Source: Candidatus Rokuibacteriota bacterium
Lineage (GTDB): Bacteria; Methylomirabilota; Methylomirabilia; Rokubacteriales; DASRDR01
Direction of reading: 5' to 3'
Assembly (NCBI GenBank): GCA_044866005.1
Contig: JBIOTN010000136.1
Coordinates: 1 to 52,350 of the forward strand
Length of the DNA stretch: 52,350 bases
Shown here in pieces: positions 46,719-52,350 of the stretch. The translations under genes and the position numbers were made by a program. Position 1 is the stretch's first letter, and the number at the start of each line of letters is the position of its first letter. Under the pieces are notes generated by a model, which was given only the letters and a program-made list of their open reading frames with translations, did not search any database and was not told the origin of the DNA.

Positions 46719-47069
46719 ATGAGGACGGACCTCCCCATGGGACCCCAGCGCTCGACGGGACTGGTCGATGTCCTCGACCGCGTGCTCGACAAGGGACTGC
46801 TGCTCGCCGGCGACATCAAGGTGTCGATCGCCGAGGTCGAGCTCCTCACGATCCGGATCCGCTTGATCGTCTGCTCGATGGACAAGGCCCAGCAGATGGG
46901 CCTCGACTGGTGGAGACACGATCGCCACTGGGCGCCCGGACCGTTGGCGGAGGAGAACGACGCGCTCCGACGACAGATTCGGGTGCTCCAGCGACAGATC
47001 GCGGCGCTGTCGGCCGGACGGGCCGACGGGTCGCGCCGCCGCGGCGTGCGTGCTGCCCGAAAGCGGTAG
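46719..47069 (+). CDS. GvpA-family accessory protein (GvpJ/GvpS-like); start uncertain (46566, 46719 or 46737)
   Basis: [35 protein letters not shown]...DKAQQMGLDWW, then coiled coil EENDALR. Confidence 0.87.
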   Translation: MRTDLPMGPQRSTGLVDVLDRVLDKGLLLAGDIKVSIAEVELLTIRIRLIVCSMDKAQQMGLDWWRHDRHWAPGPLAEENDALRRQIRVLQRQIAALSAGRADGSRRRGVRAARKR

Positions 47070-47099
47070 AATTCCCGCAGGCCAGAGGAGAGCGGAGCG

Positions 47100-47429
47100 A
47101 TGCCCGTTGAAAGAACGACCGGCGGCACCAGCCTCATCGACGTCCTCGATCGGGTCCTCGACAAGGGCATCGTGATCGACGCCTGGGTCCGCGTCTCGCT
47201 CGTCGGGATCGACCTCATCACCGTCGAGGCGCGGGTGGTCGTCGCCTCCATCGACACGTACCTCAAGTACTCGGAAGCCGTCGGCACCGTCACCCCGGTC
47301 GCCCGGCCGGCGCTGGAGTCGCGCGAATCGGTGCTCGCCGAGAACGTCGCGCTCCGCGCGGAGCTCGCCGGCGCCGGGCGCGGCGGCGCGCGGCGCCGCC
47401 GCCGGAAGTCCCCGGCCTCCTCCGCCTGA
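47100..47429 (+). CDS. gvpA: Gas vesicle structural protein GvpA with C-terminal extension
   Basis: [47 protein letters not shown]. Confidence 0.93.
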   Translation: MPVERTTGGTSLIDVLDRVLDKGIVIDAWVRVSLVGIDLITVEARVVVASIDTYLKYSEAVGTVTPVARPALESRESVLAENVALRAELAGAGRGGARRRRRKSPASSA

Positions 47430-47432
47430 ACC

Positions 47433-49592
47433 GTGGCCCGACACTCCGCAGCGCCCGCCCGCCCGACCGCGTCTCCCGGGCGACCCGCCGCCTCGGCGGA
47501 GGCACGGCTGGCGCTGGCCGAGTTCCTGCTCGGCTGCGAGGACGTCGCCGAGTGCGCGCGGCGGGCGCTGGAGTGGCTGGGTACCCACAGCCCGGTGAAG
47601 CGTGCCCTCTGCGCGACCGTGGAGCCCGACCTCACGCGACTCGTCGGCGTCGCGGGCTACGGCGTGCCGCGCTCGTGGGTGACGGGGTTCTCGGTGGACC
47701 TCCAGGCGCGCGATCACCCGCTCGTGGATGTCCTGGCCGAGGGCCGGGCCGTCACGTTCCCGGCCAACGGGCGCGACGCGGCGCGGCGCGGGGTGAGCCC
47801 GCTCGGCACGGCCCCGTACCTCGCGATCCCGCTCCATGCGCCGGACGGCAAGCGTCCGGTGCTGGTCGGCGTGCTCCTGGCGACGCCGGTACGGCCGGAG
47901 GTCACCCGCGACGCGCGCTGGCTCGCCGCGGTCCTCAGCCAGAAGCTCGTCCGCCTGCGCTCCGCCGAGTTGCTCACCGTCGCCGAGCAGCGGCTGAGAC
48001 GGCTCCACGGCATCATGAACGCCGTCCCCGACCCGATCATGCTCACCGACACGGAAGGGCGGCTCCTCATCGCGAACAGCCGCGCGGAGGCGCTCTTCGC
48101 GAGCCGGGAGGGCGAGAGCGAGGGCCGCCGCCGGGCCGTATCCCTCAACAACATGCTCTTCTCCTCGGCGCTCGGCGAGCGCGCGGCGAGCGGCGCGGAG
48201 CCCGAGCGCCGCGAGGTCCTGCTCGTCGACCCGACCGAAGGCTCCGACCTCCTGTTCGAGCTCCTGAGCACGGTGGTCGGCGACTCGCGCGAGGGAACGG
48301 GGATCGTCTCCATCCTCCGGAACGTCACCGATCTTCGCCGGGCCACCGAGGAGATCCAGGAGAACTACGCCCGGCTGCGGCTCGCCGAGACCGAGGTGCG
48401 CGCGGAGCGCGACCGCCTCGACCTCATCATCGACTCGGTCGCGGACCCCATCGTGGTGACGGACCCGGCCGGGAACACCATCATGATGAACGCGCCGGCG
48501 GAGCGGCTCTTCACGCTGCCGCCCGACGCGACGGCCGAGATGACGCAGCGGGTGCGCGCGAACGACGCGCATTTCACCTCGTTCGTCTCGAACCTGCTCT
48601 TCGGCGTCGCGGAGATGCGATACCGCGGGGGCATCAGCCTGGCGGATCCGCGGAGCGGCGCCGTGGTGCCGGTGGAGGCGGTGTCCGGCAAGATCATGGC
48701 CGAGCAGGGGGAGCTGACCGCGATCGTCACGATCCTCCACGACCGCACGGAAGCGGTGGAGAGGGAGCGCCTCTACGAGCAGCTCAAGCGCGCCTCGGCC
48801 CAGCTGGAGGAGAAGGTGCGCGAGGCGACCGCGGAGCTGGTCCGCCAGAACGAGCTGCTCAGGCGACAGGCCATCGAGCTGGAGCAGGCCTCCGCGCTCA
48901 AGACGCAGTTCCTGGCGAACATGTCGCACGAGTTCCGGACGCCCCTCAACGCCATCCTGGGCTACACGAGCATGCTGCTCAAGGGCGTCGCCGGCGAGCT
49001 CAGCCCGCAGCAGCGGGACAACCTGGCGCGCGTGGACTCCAACTCCCGGCACCTCCTGGCGATCATCAACGACATCCTCGACATCTCGCGGATCGAGGCC
49101 GGCCGGATGCCGCTGCACGTCGACCAGTTCAGGCTGGCCGACCTGATCGCGGAGGTCCGGGCCGAGGTCGAGCCGCTCATCGCCCGCTCGAGACTCGAGG
49201 TCTCGACCGCGGTGGCGCCGGACATCCTGCCGATCCGCAGTGACCGGGCCAAGGTGAAGCAGATCGTGATCAACCTGCTCACGAACGCCCTCAAGTTCAC
49301 GCCCGCCGGCTGGGTGCGGGTCTCGGCCGAGTACGGGCCGGGCACGAAGGAGGTCGCGATCGCCATCGCGGACACCGGCATCGGGATCGCCGAGTCGGAC
49401 CAGGGGAGGGTGTTCGAGGACTTCCGGCAGGCGGATAGCTCCTCGACCCGCCAGTACGGCGGGGCCGGCCTCGGGCTGGCCATCTGCCGCCGGCTCGCCC
49501 TCATGCTGGAGGGTCGGATCACGCTGGAGAGCAAGCTCGGCGAGGGGTCGACGTTCACCCTGTTCCTGCCCCTGCGGCTCGCTCGCCGATGA
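47433..49592 (+). CDS. Soluble sensor histidine kinase (GAF-like, two PAS, HisKA, HATPase)
   Basis: Two PAS openings (VPDPIMLTD, VADPIVVTD); FLANMSHEFRTPLNAI H-box; NLLTNALKFT, DTGIGI, GAGLGLAI; no hydrophobic TM stretch. Confidence 0.93.
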   Translation: MARHSAAPARPTASPGRPAASAEARLALAEFLLGCEDVAECARRALEWLGTHSPVKRALCATVEPDLTRLVGVAGYGVPRSWVTGFSVDLQARDHPLVDVLAEGRAVTFPANGRDAARRGVSPLGTAPYLAIPLHAPDGKRPVLVGVLLATPVRPEVTRDARWLAAVLSQKLVRLRSAELLTVAEQRLRRLHGIMNAVPDPIMLTDTEGRLLIANSRAEALFASREGESEGRRRAVSLNNMLFSSALGERAASGAEPERREVLLVDPTEGSDLLFELLSTVVGDSREGTGIVSILRNVTDLRRATEEIQENYARLRLAETEVRAERDRLDLIIDSVADPIVVTDPAGNTIMMNAPAERLFTLPPDATAEMTQRVRANDAHFTSFVSNLLFGVAEMRYRGGISLADPRSGAVVPVEAVSGKIMAEQGELTAIVTILHDRTEAVERERLYEQLKRASAQLEEKVREATAELVRQNELLRRQAIELEQASALKTQFLANMSHEFRTPLNAILGYTSMLLKGVAGELSPQQRDNLARVDSNSRHLLAIINDILDISRIEAGRMPLHVDQFRLADLIAEVRAEVEPLIARSRLEVSTAVAPDILPIRSDRAKVKQIVINLLTNALKFTPAGWVRVSAEYGPGTKEVAIAIADTGIGIAESDQGRVFEDFRQADSSSTRQYGGAGLGLAICRRLALMLEGRITLESKLGEGSTFTLFLPLRLARR

Positions 49593-50047
49593 CGAAGCGG
49601 CCCGCCCGCTCCCCGCGCACGCCGGAGCCGACCCCGGCGGGGGCGCGACCGACGCGGCTCATCCTGGTCGTGGACGACTTCGAAGACAACCGCGCGATGT
49701 ACGTGCAGTACCTCACCTTCGCCGGCTTCCGCGTGGAGGAGGCCGCGAACGGGAAGGAGGCGCTGGAGAAGGCATCGGCGCTCCTCCCGGACCTCATCGT
49801 GATGGACCTCTCGCTCCCGGTCATGGACGGCTGGGAGGCCACGCGCCGGCTCAAGGGCGACCGGCGGACCCGTGACATTCCCGTCCTGGCGCTCACGGGG
49901 CACGCCCTGGGGCGCCACTCCGAGGTGGCCCGAGAGGCCGGATGCGACGCCTTCGTGACCAAGCCGTGCCTGCCCGAGGAGCTCGTCGCCGAGATCGACC
50001 GGATGCTCGGCGGCCCGACGCCGCGGTCGAAGACCGGGGAGAGATGA
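49589..50047 (+). CDS. Single-domain response regulator (DivK-like)
   Basis: ILVVDDFED, VMDLSLPVMDGWEA, LALTG, AGCDAFVTKP; ATGA overlaps on both sides. Confidence 0.92.
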   Translation: MTKRPARSPRTPEPTPAGARPTRLILVVDDFEDNRAMYVQYLTFAGFRVEEAANGKEALEKASALLPDLIVMDLSLPVMDGWEATRRLKGDRRTRDIPVLALTGHALGRHSEVAREAGCDAFVTKPCLPEELVAEIDRMLGGPTPRSKTGER

Positions 50048-50940
50048 CGGTGGCCAAGACCCCCAAGCGGAAGGACGCCCCACCGGCGACGGGGGGGCGG
50101 ACCCGAGTCGCGCCGGCCCGGACGCCCCGCGGCGCCCCGACGCGGTCCCGGCGTGCGGGCGCGCCAGCGCCCACCCGGCCCGCGGCGGAGAGCCGCGGGA
50201 AGTACGTCTACTGCATCGTCCAGAGCGCCGACGCCCTCCGCTTCGGGTCCATCGGCATCGGGGCCGAGCCGGCCGAGGTGCACACGGTCAACTTCAAGGA
50301 GATCGCCGCCGTGGTCTCCGACACCCCGTCCGACGTGCTCGACGCCACGCGCGAGAACGTCCTCGCACACGAGCGGGTGAACGAGACGGTCATGCGCGAC
50401 TTCACGGTCATCCCGATGTCGTTCGGCACGGTGTTCAAGACCCGCGACGACATCGTCGAGCTGCTCCGCGGCGCCTACGACGCCTTCAGCGACGTGCTGC
50501 ACAAGATGCAGGACAAGCTGGAGTTCGGCCTGAAGGTGCTGTGGGACCGGGACGTCATCGTCCGCCAGATCGAGCAGGAGGACGAGGACATCCGGCGGCT
50601 CAAGAAGGAGATCTCCTCGCAGAAGGGCTCCACCTATTTCGCCCGCATGCAGTACGGCCGGCTGATCGACGGCGCGCTCCAGACCCGCTCGGAGCGGTAT
50701 GTCGCCGAGCTCTTCGAGCAGCTGCGCGACGTCGCGGTCGCCTCGCGCGCGAACAAGCCGATCGGCGACAAGATGATCATGAACGCGGCCTTCCTCGTCG
50801 CGCGCGACAAGGAGCGGGCCTTCGACGCGCGGGTGAAAGAGATCGGCGCGAAATATTCCAAGCTCAACTTCAAGTACACGGGGCCGTGGCCGCCGTACAA
50901 CTTCGTCAACATCCGCCTCAAGCTCGAGCGCGCGAAGTAG
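50044..50940 (+). CDS. Gas vesicle protein GvpF/GvpL family
   Basis: YVYCI, AAVVSD, LAHERVNE, VIPMSFGTV, MNAAFLV, YTGPWPPYNFV. Confidence 0.92.
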   Translation: MTVAKTPKRKDAPPATGGRTRVAPARTPRGAPTRSRRAGAPAPTRPAAESRGKYVYCIVQSADALRFGSIGIGAEPAEVHTVNFKEIAAVVSDTPSDVLDATRENVLAHERVNETVMRDFTVIPMSFGTVFKTRDDIVELLRGAYDAFSDVLHKMQDKLEFGLKVLWDRDVIVRQIEQEDEDIRRLKKEISSQKGSTYFARMQYGRLIDGALQTRSERYVAELFEQLRDVAVASRANKPIGDKMIMNAAFLVARDKERAFDARVKEIGAKYSKLNFKYTGPWPPYNFVNIRLKLERAK

Positions 50941-50977
50941 GCCGCCGCGACGTGGCTCGCGGGCGCGAGGCGGCCCC

Positions 50978-51304
50978 GTGATCATCCTCGACACGCTCCT
51001 GATCGGCGGGCTCAAGTTCGTCCTCGGGAAGATCGCGGCCGCGGTCGACGCCGAGATGAACGACGCCAACGTTCTCCGCGAGGAGCTGCTGGCCGCGCAG
51101 ATGCGGCTGGAGCTCGGCGAGATCACGGAGGCGCAGTTCGCCGCGATGGAGCGTGATCTCCTGGCGCGGCTGAGCGACGTCCGCCGCCGCCAGGGGGCTG
51201 GCGTCGCGGAGGCCGGCACCTACCGCGTCACGGGCGTGGAGGCCACCGTCGTCGGCGACGAGCGCGCCGGCGGCGAGGACGAGACCGCGCCACGCCAGCG
51301 CTGA
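50978..51304 (+). CDS. Gas vesicle protein GvpG-like
   Basis: GLKFVLGKI...AEMND...LELGEITEAQF...E.DLL.RL pattern; follows gvpF/L. Confidence 0.78.
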   Translation: MIILDTLLIGGLKFVLGKIAAAVDAEMNDANVLREELLAAQMRLELGEITEAQFAAMERDLLARLSDVRRRQGAGVAEAGTYRVTGVEATVVGDERAGGEDETAPRQR

Positions 51305-52350
51305 GCGGTCGCCCGGCCGAGGCTCGCGGAGCCCCGCGTCGCGCGCCGAGGACCGCCGCGGCGCGCGGCGCCCACCGCCGGCGACCGGGACCCGCGAAGC
51401 GAGGGAGGGGCGAGGGCCTCCCGGGCGCCTATCGCTTCTTCGGCGGCAAGGGCGGCGCGGGGAAGACCACGTGCGCGGCCGCGGCGGCGATCGCGGCGGC
51501 CGAGGACGGGGGGCACGTCCTGGTGCTCTCGACCGACCCGGCGCATTCCCTGGGCGACGCCCTGGGGACGCGCCTCGGACCACGGCCGGTCCGGGTCGTC
51601 GGCGTCCGCGGCCGGCTCGATGCGGTCGAGCTCGATGCCGACCGCGCCCTGGAGCGCTGGCTGGCGGCGCGCCGCGCGGCGCTGCGGGCGATCGCCGAGC
51701 GCGGGACGTACCTCGACGACGAGGACATCGAGCGGCTCTTCCGGCTCTCCCTGCCCGGCGTGGACGAGCTGATGGGGCTGATCGAGCTCACCCGCCTCGC
51801 GCGCGCCGGCGGTTACGGGGACGTGGTCGTGGACACGGCCCCCACCGGCCACACGCTCCGCCTCCTGGCCATGCCCCAGACCCTTCGTCGCCTCGCGACC
51901 GTCCTCGACCACATGTACGCGAAGCATCGCTTCCTCGCCGAGCGGCTCGGCGGCGCCTATCGTCCCGACGCCAGCGACGCGGTGATCGAGGAGCTCGACG
52001 CCCAGGGCCGCGCGCTCCACGCGCTGCTCCGCGACGCACGGCGGTGCGCGTTCTCGTGGGTCCTGCTGCCCGAAGCGCTCTCCCTCGAGGAGGCGAAGGA
52101 CGCCGTGCGCGAGCTGGACCGGGCCGGGATGGCGGTGCGCGAGATCGTCGTCAACCGGGTCACCCCCGCGCCTGACCGCGCCTGCGGGCTCTGCGGGGGG
52201 CGCCGCCGGGCGGAGCGCACCGCCATCGCGGCCATCCGGCGGGCCTTCCCGGGCCGCCCGCTCCGCTTCGTGCCCGCCGCCGCGTCCGAGCCGCGTGGGC
52301 CGGCGCCGCTCCGCGCGGTCGCGCGCGCCCTGCGGGGGACTCCGCGCGCC
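51301..52350 (+). CDS. ArsA/Get3-family ATPase, truncated at window end (probable CTG start; missing from the ORF track)
   Basis: Own translation of the frame containing 51430: FFGGKGGAGKTT, STDPAHSLGD, PGVDE, VVDTAPTGHTLRLL, IVVNRV...CGLC; no stop before 52350. Confidence 0.9.
   Translation, partial: MSGRPAEARGAPRRAPRTAAARGAHRRRPGPAKRGRGEGLPGAYRFFGGKGGAGKTTCAAAAAIAAAEDGGHVLVLSTDPAHSLGDALGTRLGPRPVRVVGVRGRLDAVELDADRALERWLAARRAALRAIAERGTYLDDEDIERLFRLSLPGVDELMGLIELTRLARAGGYGDVVVDTAPTGHTLRLLAMPQTLRRLATVLDHMYAKHRFLAERLGGAYRPDASDAVIEELDAQGRALHALLRDARRCAFSWVLLPEALSLEEAKDAVRELDRAGMAVREIVVNRVTPAPDRACGLCGGRRRAERTAIAAIRRAFPGRPLRFVPAAASEPRGPAPLRAVARALRGTPRA

Noticed and set aside
895..51219. Very long antisense and alternate-frame ORFs (e.g. 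8735-12280 minus, 28474-31251 plus, 31859-34648 minus, 46560-49118 minus)
   Set aside because: Shadow ORFs of high-GC coding sequence: Arg/Pro/Gly-rich, no motifs, fully overlapping well-supported genes
43629..52350. Genomic island integrated at tRNA-Leu
   Set aside because: No integrase or transposase and no duplicated tRNA 3' end seen in the window; composition looks like the rest; cannot be excluded beyond the edge
51301..52350. Arsenic resistance locus
   Set aside because: No other ars genes; gene is coupled to gvpG and has Get3-like features
1..52350. CRISPR array, rRNA, prophage, defence system or known riboswitch
   Set aside because: No regularly spaced repeats, cas, phage, transposase or rRNA signatures recognised by eye; an Rfam/Infernal scan would be needed to exclude small RNAs

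Overview
High-GC bacterial chromosomal window with nearly all real genes on the + strand; the taxon is not determinable with certainty. Left to right: (1) 38-6362, Zn-dependent dehydrogenase, class III aminotransferase, Lrp/AsnC effector domain and a dipeptide-type ABC SBP plus two permeases. (2) 6442-22791, a ~16 kb sulfur/respiration stretch: Cys-less Rrf2 (CymR-like), cysK, MoaD/CysO-like sulfur carrier, JAMM peptidase; an alternative complex III-like actBCDEF cluster with no actA; moeA; a Tat-exported SoxY-SoxZ fusion, FCSD/SoxF-type flavoprotein and atypical Rieske protein; YeeE/YedE and TauE/SafE transporters. (3) 23057-27422, polar amino-acid ABC transporter and cpoB. (4) 27620-43628, housekeeping: dprA-topA-xerC-hslVU-argB-argD-argF-argG-comB-like-pgsA-plsY-gpsA-galT and tRNA-Gly/Cys/Leu. 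(5) 43712-52350, accessory block of stand-alone receiver domains and a gas-vesicle-like gene cluster (gvpJ-like, gvpA, gvpF/L, gvpG) interrupted by a soluble PAS histidine kinase/receiver pair and followed by a Get3/ArsA-family ATPase that runs off the window. Best leads: the gvp-kinase-Get3/ArsA cluster, the actA-less ACIII beside a minimal Sox-like module, and a short palindromic repeat family, one copy of which appears to be translated in frame at the N-terminus of the comB-like gene. All family calls come from motif recognition, not database searches.
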